64,000 bases of DNA, taken from contig JACUUN010000002.1 of NCBI GenBank assembly GCA_014859265.1, forward strand, positions 472-64,471, read 5' to 3'. The position numbers were made by a program, and so were the translations under genes. Below, piece by piece: positions 17,276-27,299 of this stretch (its first letter is position 1; each line of letters begins with the position of its first letter). Under the pieces are notes generated by a model that saw only the letters and a program-made list of their open reading frames with translations, searched no databases and had not been told where the DNA came from. Source of the stretch: Coriobacteriia bacterium. GTDB lineage: Bacteria; Actinomycetota; Coriobacteriia; Anaerosomatales; SLCP01.

Positions 17276-18250
17276 ATGGGTGACGGCTTGACCGTACGTG
17301 TTCTCGAAGGGACCGCGTTTCGGACGCTCGGGGCCGAGGGTCTCGACACCACGCTTGACGCCACATGCACGTGGGTCGATGTTGTGGGACCCGATCCCGG
17401 GGACCTACCCGACCCCGGGGACCTTGAGCGTGTGGGCCGCCGCTTCGGCCTACATCCGCTGGCGCTCGAGGACTGCCTCCACACACCGCAGCGCCCGAAG
17501 GTCGAGGTCTTCGACGACCATCTCTTCTTGATCTGGACGACGCCTGGGCTCTCCATCGAGGAGACAGATCAGGCCGAGGTCGACGCGTTCCTGGGCGACG
17601 GGTGGCTCGTCACGATTCATCGGAGGGGCAACCCGGCGATCCAGTATGCGGCGCACGATGCTGGGACTCTTATGGCCCACGGTCCGGACAGGGTGTTACA
17701 TGCGGTTCTCGATTATCTGGTCGACGGCGTGTTCGCTGCTATCGATGACGTGGGCGAGTCACTGGAACTCCTCGAAGACGAGTTGCTCCAGGGGAAAGAA
17801 GGGGCTTCTCCGTCACATCTGAGAGAGATTCACATTATGCGGAGGCGGATTCTCGAGTTCCACCGGGTCATCGCGCCGGAGCGAGACATCGTCAGGTCGC
17901 TGGTGCGAGAACGTGACTTCGTGAGTGCTGATGCATATCGTTACTTCAGCGATGTGGGTGATCATCTGGCACGCGTCGAAGACGCGCTCGATGGTCTGAG
18001 GACCGTTGCGACCGATCTTGCGGATATCCACCTGTCGGCCGTTACGAATCGGACCAACGAGATCATGAAGCGCCTGACAGTGGTGGCCACGATTTTCATG
18101 CCTCTGACGCTCATCACGGGTATATACGGCATGAACTTCCGGACGTTCCCGGAGCTTGGGTGGAGGTTCGGCTACCCGGGTGTCATCGTGTTCATGGTCG
18201 TTGTCTCGGTATCGATGCTCGTCTACTTCAGAAGGAGGGGTTGGTGGTAG
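17276..18250 (+). CDS. corA: CorA-type magnesium/cobalt transporter
   Basis: Start trimmed to ATG 17276 (MGDGLTV) after GGAGGGG. YGMNF motif (ITGIYGMNFRTFPELGW) and two C-terminal TM helices. Confidence 0.9.
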   Translation: MGDGLTVRVLEGTAFRTLGAEGLDTTLDATCTWVDVVGPDPGDLPDPGDLERVGRRFGLHPLALEDCLHTPQRPKVEVFDDHLFLIWTTPGLSIEETDQAEVDAFLGDGWLVTIHRRGNPAIQYAAHDAGTLMAHGPDRVLHAVLDYLVDGVFAAIDDVGESLELLEDELLQGKEGASPSHLREIHIMRRRILEFHRVIAPERDIVRSLVRERDFVSADAYRYFSDVGDHLARVEDALDGLRTVATDLADIHLSAVTNRTNEIMKRLTVVATIFMPLTLITGIYGMNFRTFPELGWRFGYPGVIVFMVVVSVSMLVYFRRRGWW

Positions 18251-18867
18251 TGCCTCAGGGCGGCGGGCCCCACAGCGAGCAGGAGGAACACCTCCAGGAC
18301 GTGTGGACCGTTGCGAACGTGATCACAGTGTTGAGACTGCTGCTGATTCCCTTCTTCTTCTCCGTCCTGCTGTCCGACCGGGCTCACGCCAACACGCTTG
18401 CATTCGCCCTGTTCGCCGCAGCCGCATCGACCGATTGGCTCGATGGGATGATCGCCCGGCGTACCGGGACCGTCACCGCTCTTGGCAAGGCTATCGATCC
18501 GCTCGTCGACAGGCTTCTGTTGGCGTCCGGCGTGACTGGCCTCTATCTCATCGGCAGGGTCCCGCTCTGGCTCGTCGGGCTGCTCGTGGCCCGGGACGTC
18601 TACCTGCTCTGGGGCGCCTACCGCCTCGAGCAGCACGGCGAACGGATGCCCGTCACCCGCCTCGGCAAGGCGACCACCGTGGTTCTGCTCGCCGGCTTCT
18701 CGTTGCTCATACTCGGTTGGCCTGCAGTCGAGTTTGCCGGTGTAGAGCGTCTCCTCGGTGAACCGTTCGTCTATGCCGGTCTCGTGCTCTCGGTTACGAG
18801 TGCGGTGCACTACACGTTCCTGGCACGACGGCTTGTTGCTTCGGCGGAAGCCCGCTCGGCGGGCTAG
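18250..18867 (+). CDS. CDP-alcohol phosphatidyltransferase (PgsA / actinobacterial cardiolipin-synthase type)
   Basis: Family motif readable as [26 protein letters not shown]. Start is ambiguous (GTG 18244 or 18250, after AGGAGGGG). Confidence 0.8.
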   Translation: MPQGGGPHSEQEEHLQDVWTVANVITVLRLLLIPFFFSVLLSDRAHANTLAFALFAAAASTDWLDGMIARRTGTVTALGKAIDPLVDRLLLASGVTGLYLIGRVPLWLVGLLVARDVYLLWGAYRLEQHGERMPVTRLGKATTVVLLAGFSLLILGWPAVEFAGVERLLGEPFVYAGLVLSVTSAVHYTFLARRLVASAEARSAG

Positions 18868-18889
18868 AACGCGTGGAAAGCGGTGCGGC

Positions 18890-21394
18890 ATGAGAGCTGT
18901 GATCATGGCCGGAGGCGAAGGTTCGCGATTGCGTCCACTCACAAGCCTGCAGCCCAAGCCCATGGTTCCCATCGTCAATCGACCTGTGATGGAGCACATC
19001 ATCGGGTTGGTGCGTCACCACGGGATCACCGACGTCGTGGCCACGCTGGCGTTCATGCCTCAGGTGATCCAGGACTACTTCGGCGACGGCGAGGAGTGGG
19101 GTACGCGGATGTCCTACGCCCTAGAGGAGACGCCGTTGGGAACGGCCGGTTCGGTCAAGAACGCCGAGGCTCTGCTCGAAGGGGACCCCTTGATTGTGAT
19201 CTCGGGGGACGCCCTGACCGACATCGACTTGACGCATGTCATCGAGTTCCACCGCAGCAAGGGAGCGGCTGTTACGATCGCCCTGAAGAGCATGCCCGAT
19301 CCGCTCGAGTTCGGCGTGGTCATCACCGACGGGAACGGTCGCATCGAGCGCTTCCTCGAGAAACCTTCATGGGGCCAGGTATTCTCGGACACCATCAACA
19401 CCGGCATCTACGTGGTCGAGCCTGAGGTTCTCTCGCGCATCCCAGAGGGCCAGCCGTTCGACTTCTCATCCGAGCTCTTTCCGTTGCTCATGGAGAAGGG
19501 ATACCCGCTCTACGGCTGTGTCGTCGACGGCTACTGGTGTGATGTCGGCTCGTTCGAGTCGTACATGCAGGTTCACCGGGACATCCTGGACGGCAAGGCC
19601 AAGGTCTTCGTTCCCGGCGTGGAAACGCGTGAGCGTGTGTGGATTGGCGAGGGTGCCCGCATCGAACCGGGTGTCGTAATCGGAGAGAAGGTCGTCATCG
19701 GCCCGAACGTGACACTGCGTGAGGGGGCACACATCGGGGACTACACGGTGCTCGGCGACAACTGCGTCATCGGCACGGAGGCGACCGTGAGTCACTCGAT
19801 ACTTTGGAGCGACACCTTCGTCGGGCGCCACTCGACTGTGGCGGGGGCAGTGTTGTGCCGACGCGTTGATATCCGCGCCGGAGCCGCAGTCGACATGAAC
19901 TCGGTCATCGGCGATGAGAGCACGGTGGGCCATGGAGCGCGCGTCGGTGCGAACGTGCAGGTCTTCCCATACAAGCGCATCGAGGCGGCAGCGGTCGTGA
20001 CCTCCTCCATCATCTGGGAGAGCACGGGTTCGAAGAGCCTCTTCGGGCAGGATGGGATATCCGGTCTTGTCGGCGTGGACATCACACCGGAGCGTTCGAT
20101 GCGCGCAGCGCAGGCTTTCGGGTCGCTCCTTCCCAAGGGTTCTCACGTGGTGGTGAGCCGCGATGCGAGCCGCGGAGCCCGAATGATCAAGCGCGCCATG
20201 GTTGCAGGTCTCAATGCCGCTGGCTGTCACGTTCGTGACCTCCGGGTCTCCTCTCCGGCACTGACGAGGTTCACAGCGCGCGATACCAGATGCGACGGAG
20301 GAATCCACGTTGCCGCATCGGTGGAGGACCCGCAGTCACTTCGGATGAGCTTCTACGACGAGGACGGCCTCGACATCGCCCCGTGGGTGGAGAAGAAGCT
20401 CGAGCGACTGTACTTCAAAGGAGAATTCAGGCGCGCGTTCCTCGCAGATGTGGGCGAGATTCTCTACCCGCCAAGGGCGCTCGAGTACTATGCTGCCGGC
20501 CTCGAAAAGGCCCTCGAGGGCTCGCTTCCGACCGAGGGAGCATGGATCAAGGTGGTCGCGGACCTTGGCTTCGGCGTGTCCTCACTCGTGCTGCCCCGTG
20601 TCGCCTCGGCATGGCGCGTGAACATGGTCGCGCTGAACCCGTTCGTCGATGCCGAGCGTATCTCGACGGCAACCGATTCGGATGAGGAATGGGAGCAGAT
20701 GCGCGGGACGATCGATCTATTCCGCGCAGACCTCGGCGTGCGGTTCGATCCAATGGCCGAGCGGCTCGCCTTCATGACAGCCTCGGGCAGGTTGCTCGAC
20801 GGTGACACTGCGCTCCATGCCCTCGTCGATCTCTGGTGCCGCTCGGATCGCACAGGCAAGCCTATCGCGGTCCCGTTGACGGCGTCGCAGGTCGTCGAGC
20901 GCATTGCCGGTACGACGGGGCATGCGGTGTTGCGTCCGGGTCGGACCCGCCGCTCACTCGCGGTGCTGGCTCACGAGGGCGTGATCGGGTTCGCGGGATC
21001 CACCCGGGGCGGCTATATCTTCCCGCGTTTCCTTGCCGCCTACGATGGAGTGGTAACGGCCGCTATGGTTGCGAGTATGCTTGCCTGTGGCGGCATCGGC
21101 CTGGATGAGATCGTCGACGGCTTGCCGCCATTCCACAAGGGCCAGACCTCGGTGTTCTGCCGCGCGCATCGCAAGGGTGCTGTGATGCGATTCGTCTCCG
21201 AGGCATCTGCGGGGGCCCAGGTCGACCTGACCGAGGGCGTCCGCATCGCCGAGACGGGCGGATGGGCGCTCGTGCTGCCGCACTCGAGCGAGCCCGAGGT
21301 CACTGTATGGGCAGAAGGGGAGGACGAGGTCTCACTGGCCAGCATCATCGACAAATGGGTGGGGGTCGTGCGGGAAGCCATCGGTCCCGAGTAG
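18890..21394 (+). CDS. sugar-1-phosphate nucleotidyltransferase (GMPP-like) fused to left-handed beta-helix and a phosphohexomutase-like C-terminal module
   Basis: Start trimmed to ATG 18890 ([18 protein letters not shown]). Hexapeptide-repeat middle region. The C-terminal half has a PGM/PMM-like layout but degenerate signature loops (see findings). Confidence 0.8.
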   Translation: MRAVIMAGGEGSRLRPLTSLQPKPMVPIVNRPVMEHIIGLVRHHGITDVVATLAFMPQVIQDYFGDGEEWGTRMSYALEETPLGTAGSVKNAEALLEGDPLIVISGDALTDIDLTHVIEFHRSKGAAVTIALKSMPDPLEFGVVITDGNGRIERFLEKPSWGQVFSDTINTGIYVVEPEVLSRIPEGQPFDFSSELFPLLMEKGYPLYGCVVDGYWCDVGSFESYMQVHRDILDGKAKVFVPGVETRERVWIGEGARIEPGVVIGEKVVIGPNVTLREGAHIGDYTVLGDNCVIGTEATVSHSILWSDTFVGRHSTVAGAVLCRRVDIRAGAAVDMNSVIGDESTVGHGARVGANVQVFPYKRIEAAAVVTSSIIWESTGSKSLFGQDGISGLVGVDITPERSMRAAQAFGSLLPKGSHVVVSRDASRGARMIKRAMVAGLNAAGCHVRDLRVSSPALTRFTARDTRCDGGIHVAASVEDPQSLRMSFYDEDGLDIAPWVEKKLERLYFKGEFRRAFLADVGEILYPPRALEYYAAGLEKALEGSLPTEGAWIKVVADLGFGVSSLVLPRVASAWRVNMVALNPFVDAERISTATDSDEEWEQMRGTIDLFRADLGVRFDPMAERLAFMTASGRLLDGDTALHALVDLWCRSDRTGKPIAVPLTASQVVERIAGTTGHAVLRPGRTRRSLAVLAHEGVIGFAGSTRGGYIFPRFLAAYDGVVTAAMVASMLACGGIGLDEIVDGLPPFHKGQTSVFCRAHRKGAVMRFVSEASAGAQVDLTEGVRIAETGGWALVLPHSSEPEVTVWAEGEDEVSLASIIDKWVGVVREAIGPE

Positions 21395-21430
21395 GCTTGC
21401 GACGGGGGTTGCGACGGGGGGCGAAGGTAC

Positions 21431-21459
21431 TTACAAACCCTTCGTTCACCTGCTATAAT
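21431..21459 (+). promoter_or_regulatory. sigma-70-like promoter for the DUF881/sbp/DUF881 operon
   Basis: TTACAA (21431-21436), a 17-nt spacer, then TATAAT (21454-21459). Preceded by a tandem 12-mer TTGCGACGGGGG x2 (21397-21420). Confidence 0.5.
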
Positions 21460-21503
21460 GCTGAATTTGATGGCCCCCGACCGACGTGTGGTGTGACTTT
21501 CGT

Positions 21504-22232
21504 ATGCACCGACCTCCCTACCGTCCGGCCCTTGTTCTTGTGTTCGTGGTGCTCGGACTCCTCATAGCAGTGGCTTTCAACACCACAAGTCGTTTGACTG
21601 AGGTGCGTTCTGGTCGTGCGAGCGATTTGGTCGACGTGGTCCAAAGCCTGGAGCAACAGCGCGACGATCTACAGAATCGTCTGGCCGAGCTTCGCTCTGA
21701 CCTTGCCCGTCTCGAGCGTGAGGCCGCCGCCGACTCGGGTGTGAGCAAGTCGTTCTCCCGCGAGCTTGACCGGGTGCGCCAAGCGGCAGGCCTATCCGCC
21801 GTCACGGGATCCGGCGTGGAGGTCGTACTCGGCGACGGTAGCGAGGTCGCTCCCGGGACCGATCCCAACGACTACCTGATACATGACACGGATATTGCAG
21901 CCGTGGTCAACGCGCTCTTTGTAGGCGGGGCTGAGGCCGTCGAGATCAACGGGGAGCGGCTTGTGGCCACGACTCCGATTCGCTGTGCGGGAACCACCGT
22001 CCTTGTCAACTCCGCGCGTCTCGGGAGCCCCTACGTCATAAGGGCGATCGGAGATCCTGCAGTGCTCGAGCAAGCCGTCCTCGGGGACGAATCAGCATCC
22101 CTTCTGTTCGATGCGTACATGAGTCAGTATGGACTGCAGGTCTCGTTGGCTCGTTCATCCGATCTCATGGTTGCGGGCTATCGTGGTTCGATGCGTCCCC
22201 AGTACGTTCGTCCTGCGCGCGGGGGTGCCTGA
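21504..22232 (+). CDS. DUF881 family membrane-anchored protein
   Basis: N-terminal TM helix, a coiled coil, then GSGVEVVLGDG...IHDTDIAAVVNALFVGGAEAVEINGERL typical of DUF881. Start is ATG 21504 or GTG 21486. Confidence 0.75.
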   Translation: MHRPPYRPALVLVFVVLGLLIAVAFNTTSRLTEVRSGRASDLVDVVQSLEQQRDDLQNRLAELRSDLARLEREAAADSGVSKSFSRELDRVRQAAGLSAVTGSGVEVVLGDGSEVAPGTDPNDYLIHDTDIAAVVNALFVGGAEAVEINGERLVATTPIRCAGTTVLVNSARLGSPYVIRAIGDPAVLEQAVLGDESASLLFDAYMSQYGLQVSLARSSDLMVAGYRGSMRPQYVRPARGGA

Positions 22233-22233
22233 G

Positions 22234-22578
22234 GTGCTCGCACTCGTTCTTGCGCTTGCACTCGGAGTGACACTCGGGCTACTCACCAACGTGAGCGTCC
22301 CGGTCGCCTGGCTCACCTATCTCGGTGTCGCGGTGCTCGCCGCCATAGACGCCTGTCTCGGCGGGGTGAAGGCGAGCCTCGAGGAGACCTTCGACGACAA
22401 GGTGTTCGTATCAGGATTCCTCACCAACACGCTTATGGCAGCGTTCATCGTTTTCGTTGGTGACCGTATCGGTGTCAGGGAGCTCTACCTTGCGGCCGTG
22501 GTTGCCTTCGGTATGCGCGTGTTCGACAATCTCGGTACCGTGCGACAGCTGCTGTTCCACCGGTGGGGGTGGGAATGA
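22234..22578 (+). CDS. small basic protein Sbp (DUF1290-like) membrane protein
   Basis: Start trimmed to GTG 22234 (or 22225). ~114 aa with hydrophobic helices, sandwiched between two DUF881 genes as in other Actinobacteria (recalled synteny). Confidence 0.7.
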   Translation: MLALVLALALGVTLGLLTNVSVPVAWLTYLGVAVLAAIDACLGGVKASLEETFDDKVFVSGFLTNTLMAAFIVFVGDRIGVRELYLAAVVAFGMRVFDNLGTVRQLLFHRWGWE

Positions 22579-23369
22579 TGGGCATGCAGTCGCGCCTCCC
22601 CTCAAAGGACACACTGGTACACTTGCGCGACGAGTCTGTGAAGCGGCTCAGCGCCTCGGAGAAGCTGGTCGAGCGCTCCTTTAACGAGGCACGTTTCGTT
22701 GCGAGCCTGGCCGTGGGGCTCCTGCTTGTCGGATTCCTGCTCGTTGCCCAGATGCGCGGGCAGGCGACGTTCTCGGGCTCTCTGGAACGGCAGTCCGATC
22801 AGAACTTGGCAATCATCATCCAGCAGCTGACCGCCGAGAACAACGTGTTGCGCACCGAGGTGGCCAGGCTGCAGATGCGACTGCTCGAGGCCGGCCAGGC
22901 CACCGAGGACCGTACGCAACTCCTGAACGAAGCGGCCAGAGAGCTCAACTCCGTGAGTATGATGGCAGGCTTGGAGCCGGCGATCGGCCCGGGCATCGCC
23001 GTCAGGATTACCGACCCCGAGCGCGTGCTTCTGCCGCAGGACTTCGTCCGGGTCATTCACGAACTGCGCGGAGGCGGCGCGGAGGCCATCGCAGTGAATG
23101 GTGTGCGCGTGACCGCAACGAGTGGTTTCGCAGGCCGCAACGGTCGAATCGAACTGGATGGCACGGCGCTTGCGCGCGACTACGAAGTGATTGCCCTCGG
23201 GGAACAGGGCAACCTTGCACAAGCACTCGAGCTCCCCGGAGGGCTCAAGACTACGCTTGCGACGTTTCCCGGCGTAACCGTTGAGATCACGAAGGCCGAG
23301 GAGTTGACCGTGCCCGCCGGCAGGACGGGCGGGTATTCAGCCGGAAGCCCGGTGGAGGACGACCAGTGA
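22563..23369 (+). CDS. DUF881 family membrane-anchored protein (second copy)
   Basis: TM helix plus coiled coil, then GPGIAVRITDP...VIHELRGGGAEAIAVNGVRV. Overlaps neighbours at both ends. Confidence 0.75.
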   Translation: MGVGMMGMQSRLPSKDTLVHLRDESVKRLSASEKLVERSFNEARFVASLAVGLLLVGFLLVAQMRGQATFSGSLERQSDQNLAIIIQQLTAENNVLRTEVARLQMRLLEAGQATEDRTQLLNEAARELNSVSMMAGLEPAIGPGIAVRITDPERVLLPQDFVRVIHELRGGGAEAIAVNGVRVTATSGFAGRNGRIELDGTALARDYEVIALGEQGNLAQALELPGGLKTTLATFPGVTVEITKAEELTVPAGRTGGYSAGSPVEDDQ

Positions 23370-25360
23370 ATGAAACCATCGACAACGACGGACTCGTCGC
23401 AGTGGACGGACAGACCCTGCTCGAAGAGGGTCGCCATGCGCGCCAGGAGCGTGCCCGCGAACGGACATTGCGGGGGCGGATAGATCGTCTCCTCGCCGAG
23501 CGACCCGTATGGGTTCGGGGTATGGTCCTCGGCGCCGCTCTCGCGGTCACGCTGGTTCTGCTCCTCGTTCTAATCGAGATTGGTGCATCATGGGGTCGTG
23601 TCCATCCCGGTGTGCGCGTGGGAGAAGTCCGCATAGGAGCGATGACTCCAGCGAAGGCGGCGGCCAAGATCGAGAAGACGTTCGAGCCTCGACTTGCGGA
23701 TCCCGTTGCCGTCACCTTCGAAGAGGACGTGTGGCAGATCGATGCCTCAGGCATAGGCGCGACCCTCAACGGTGCCGAGCTGGTTGCCCAAGCCATGGAG
23801 ATCGGCCGTACAGGACCGCTGGGTGAGCGAATCGCCACGCGCATGCGTCTGTGGGTGGAGCCGGTAGCGCTGCCTGTGACGGTCGAGGCCGATAGTGAGG
23901 CACTCGCTGGGTTCCTCGCCGAAGTCGCCGGGTCGGTCGAGCGGGAGCCCCACGATGCGGAGGTCGTCATCGAGGGCACCGAGGCGCGACTGGCGCGTGC
24001 GGTCCTCGGGATAGCGCTGCGCGAGGACCAGGTCCGCGACGAGGTGCTCCAGGCGTTCGTCTCGACGGATCGAGAGGTTCAGGTCGCGGTTGACTTCACA
24101 CCGGTGCAGGTTACCGATTCAGATGCCGAACAGGCCCTCGCTGATGCGCGCAGCATGCTCGCAGGGCCCGTGACTGTTACTGACGACTCGAAGGCGTGGG
24201 AGTTCAGCCCGCGGGAGATAGCACCCTGGATTGCGTTCCGCATCGTGCCGGGGCCCTCGTCTGTGGCTACAGTGTCGCCCGGATCCTCGGGCTCCGCCGC
24301 CGATGACACGACCGGGCCGGCCGGATCAGCGCCGGTCGCTACAGATGATGCGCGCTCGGTGCTGCAGGCCTATATCTCTGCCGAGGAGGCCTCGGCCATC
24401 GTGCTGGCGAAAGTGGGCAAGGCAGGGACGCCACCGGTCGACGCCCAGTTCAAGGTCGGCGGCGGAAGCGTGACGATCATCCCTTCGCGGGACGGGGTCG
24501 GCGTCGACGTCGAGGCACTCGCAACTGAAATGACGAGGGTGCTCACGACCGAGGAGACCCGCACGGTCCAGCTGCGCACCCGTCGCATCGAGCCCGAGCT
24601 CACCACCGAGCGGGCCGAACAGATGGGCATCAAGGAGCGCATCGCGACATACACGACGACGTTCCTGTCGACGAACAAGCCGCGCGTGTCCAACATCCAC
24701 ACGCTCACCAGTGCGCTTGACGGTACCCTTCTGGCTCCGGGAGCGACGTTCTCGTTCAATGGAACGATTGGGCCGAGGACGGCCGCGAAGGGTTATGAGG
24801 AGGCGCCCGCCATCATCGGCGGCCGCCTGGTACCCTCGCTCGGCGGCGGTATCTGCCAGGTCGCCACGACGTTGTTCAACACGGTATTCGAGTCCGGGCT
24901 GCCGGTGGTCGAGCGCCGGAATCACTCTTTCTACATCTCCAGCTACCCGAAGGGGCGCGACGCTACCGTGTCTTGGGGCGGGGTCGACTTCAAGTTCAAG
25001 AACGACACCGAGCATTGGATCTACATCGCCACGGCGTACACGAACACCTCGGTGACGATCAGCCTGTACGGCACCGACCCCGGCTACGAGGTGCGCGCCT
25101 CAACGGGCGAGTTCACCGACATCCGGCCGTTCTCGATACGCGAGGTCAAGGATGACACCCTCGCTGTCGGAATCCGCGTTGTTGAAGATTCCGGAGTCGA
25201 TGGCCGCCGTGTCGTGGTGAAGCGCACCGTCCTCAAGGATGGTACCGTTGTCCGCGAGGATACCTTCAGCTCCTCCTACACTTCGAAGGAACAAGTGGTG
25301 CGCGTCGGCACGAAGCCGGTCGCGTCGAGCGAGAGCACGGCGACGGTACCCCTGCCGTAG
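23366..25360 (+). CDS. VanW-family protein with C-terminal G5-like domain
   Basis: N-terminal TM helix. VanW core (GGGICQVATTLFNTVFESGL, NHSFYISSYPKGRDATV). C-terminal beta-rich segment ...VVVKRTVLKDGTVVREDTF...VVRVGTKP. Confidence 0.8.
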   Translation: MNETIDNDGLVAVDGQTLLEEGRHARQERARERTLRGRIDRLLAERPVWVRGMVLGAALAVTLVLLLVLIEIGASWGRVHPGVRVGEVRIGAMTPAKAAAKIEKTFEPRLADPVAVTFEEDVWQIDASGIGATLNGAELVAQAMEIGRTGPLGERIATRMRLWVEPVALPVTVEADSEALAGFLAEVAGSVEREPHDAEVVIEGTEARLARAVLGIALREDQVRDEVLQAFVSTDREVQVAVDFTPVQVTDSDAEQALADARSMLAGPVTVTDDSKAWEFSPREIAPWIAFRIVPGPSSVATVSPGSSGSAADDTTGPAGSAPVATDDARSVLQAYISAEEASAIVLAKVGKAGTPPVDAQFKVGGGSVTIIPSRDGVGVDVEALATEMTRVLTTEETRTVQLRTRRIEPELTTERAEQMGIKERIATYTTTFLSTNKPRVSNIHTLTSALDGTLLAPGATFSFNGTIGPRTAAKGYEEAPAIIGGRLVPSLGGGICQVATTLFNTVFESGLPVVERRNHSFYISSYPKGRDATVSWGGVDFKFKNDTEHWIYIATAYTNTSVTISLYGTDPGYEVRASTGEFTDIRPFSIREVKDDTLAVGIRVVEDSGVDGRRVVVKRTVLKDGTVVREDTFSSSYTSKEQVVRVGTKPVASSESTATVPLP

Positions 25361-25405
25361 GGATGACCAGGACGCTTCCGTAGAAGACCAGATGGGGGTG
25401 GGGGG

Positions 25406-26710
25406 ATGTTCCAACCCGAGTCCGAGGCGATGCCACGCGAAGACCTCGAGAAGCTCCAGCTCGACCGGCTCAACGCATTACTCGCCCGCGTCTACGACCG
25501 TGTGCCACTCTATCGCTCCAAGTTCGCCGAGGTGGGGCTGAGACCGCACGTCGATTCGCTCGCGAACCTCGCCGAGCTCCCCTTCACCGTCAAGGATGAC
25601 ATGAGGGCGCACTACCCATACGGGATGTTCGCGGTGCCGCGCCGGGACATAGTGCGGGTCCACGCCTCATCGGGGACGACCGGCCAGATCACGGTGGTCG
25701 GCTACACGCAAGCCGACATCTCGAACTGGGCCGATCTGATGGCGCGTACGCTTGCGTGTGCCGGGGCGACCCCGGATGACGTCGTGCAGGTAGCCTACGG
25801 ATACGGACTGTTCACCGGTGGACTGGGCGTGCACTACGGCTCGGAGCGCCTCGGGTGCCTCACTATCCCCATATCAGGAGGTAACACTCGCCGGCAGGTC
25901 CAGGTACTCTCTGATTTCGCTGTCACGGTTCTCGCATGCACGCCGTCATACTCACTGCTCGTGGCCGAGACAGCCGAGGAGATGGGCATCGACCCGCGAT
26001 CCCTGCCGCTGCGCATCGGTGTCTTCGGTGCCGAGCCGTGGAGCGAGAACATGCGCGCGCAGATCGAGGAACACCTCGATGTGCGGGCCATCGACATCTA
26101 CGGTCTCTCGGAGGTGCTCGGACCCGGGGTGGCCAGCGAGTGCGTACAGCAAGACGGCCTGCACGTGAACGAGGACCACTTCCTCATCGAGATTCTCGAC
26201 CCGAAGACGTTGATTCCCGTGCCCGACGGCGAACGAGGGGAGGTTGTGTTCACGACGCTGACGAAGGAAGGGATACCGGTCATCCGGTACCGGACCCGCG
26301 ATATATCCCGCATCATTCCGGGTGAGTGCCCGTGTGGGCGGACGTTCCGGCGGATGGAGCGCATCACCGGGCGTACCGACGACATGCTCATCATCCGGGG
26401 CGTCAATGTCTTCCCGAGCCAGATAGAGCAGGTGCTGACTGGTATTCCTGGCGTGGCGCCTCACTACCAGGTCGTACTCAGCAAGCGCGGTTCGATGGAC
26501 ACGGTCGAGGTGCACGTCGAGGTCGCGCCGGATTTAGCGTTCGACGAGGTCCGCGAGTTGGAGGAGCTCCAGCGTACGGTGCGTTCGGAGATCGAATCGG
26601 CGCTTGCGGTCACGATCGGCGTCAAGCTGGTAGAGCCGAGGTCGATCGAGCGCAGTGAGGGCAAGGCCCGCAGAGTGGTCGATCTGCGCGGTGAGATTGA
26701 AGGGGCGTGA
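25406..26710 (+). CDS. paaK: phenylacetate-CoA ligase family (PaaK-type aryl-acid adenylating enzyme)
   Basis: MFQPESEAMPREDLEKLQLDRLN..., AMP-binding motif SSGTTGQ, PaaK-type C-terminus. RBS GGGGGTGGGGGG. Confidence 0.85.
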   Translation: MFQPESEAMPREDLEKLQLDRLNALLARVYDRVPLYRSKFAEVGLRPHVDSLANLAELPFTVKDDMRAHYPYGMFAVPRRDIVRVHASSGTTGQITVVGYTQADISNWADLMARTLACAGATPDDVVQVAYGYGLFTGGLGVHYGSERLGCLTIPISGGNTRRQVQVLSDFAVTVLACTPSYSLLVAETAEEMGIDPRSLPLRIGVFGAEPWSENMRAQIEEHLDVRAIDIYGLSEVLGPGVASECVQQDGLHVNEDHFLIEILDPKTLIPVPDGERGEVVFTTLTKEGIPVIRYRTRDISRIIPGECPCGRTFRRMERITGRTDDMLIIRGVNVFPSQIEQVLTGIPGVAPHYQVVLSKRGSMDTVEVHVEVAPDLAFDEVRELEELQRTVRSEIESALAVTIGVKLVEPRSIERSEGKARRVVDLRGEIEGA

Positions 26711-27153
26711 GACAGGTGATTGAGCAGCTGTCGGTCTTTCTTGAGAACCAACCCGGGCGGCTTGCCCACCTCTGCCGCACCCTGGGTGACGCGGGAGTGA
26801 ACATGCGGGCCCTCATGGTCGCCGACACCCAGGAGTTCGGTGTCGTGCGCATCATCTGCGATCGGCCCCTCACCGGCAAAGTCGTGCTCGAAGAGGCAGG
26901 TTTCGGCGTTTCGGTCGCCGGTGTCTTTGGCGTGGAGGTTCCGGACAAGCCCGGTGGGTTGGCGGACGTGCTCGAGGCTCTGGGCACGGAAGGGATCAAC
27001 GTCGAATACGCATACTGCTTCGTCGAGCCCGGCATGACGGGAGCCGTGGACGTGTTGAAAGTGGATGACGACCGCGCGCGGGAGGTTCTCGAGTCTGCGG
27101 GATACCGAGTGCTGCGCCCGTCTGACCTCTACGAACCCGACAAAGGGGACTGA
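26707..27153 (+). CDS. tandem ACT-domain protein
   Basis: QLSVFLENQPGRLAHLCRTLGDAGVNMRAL plus a second ACT-like half (VEVPDKPGGLADVLEALGTEGINVEY). Start overlaps the paaK stop. Confidence 0.75.
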   Translation: MRQVIEQLSVFLENQPGRLAHLCRTLGDAGVNMRALMVADTQEFGVVRIICDRPLTGKVVLEEAGFGVSVAGVFGVEVPDKPGGLADVLEALGTEGINVEYAYCFVEPGMTGAVDVLKVDDDRAREVLESAGYRVLRPSDLYEPDKGD

Positions 27154-27299
27154 CCGTTCTCTCGGCCGAAGCGGCGATGTCCCCTTCGCAGTAGCCAGGG
27201 GCGTCGTCCGATTGCGGGCGTGCGACGCGCTTGGTTGTAGCGAGGCGCGGATGCGTGTGGTTCACTGACCTCGTCAATACCGCACACGAAAACGGTCGC

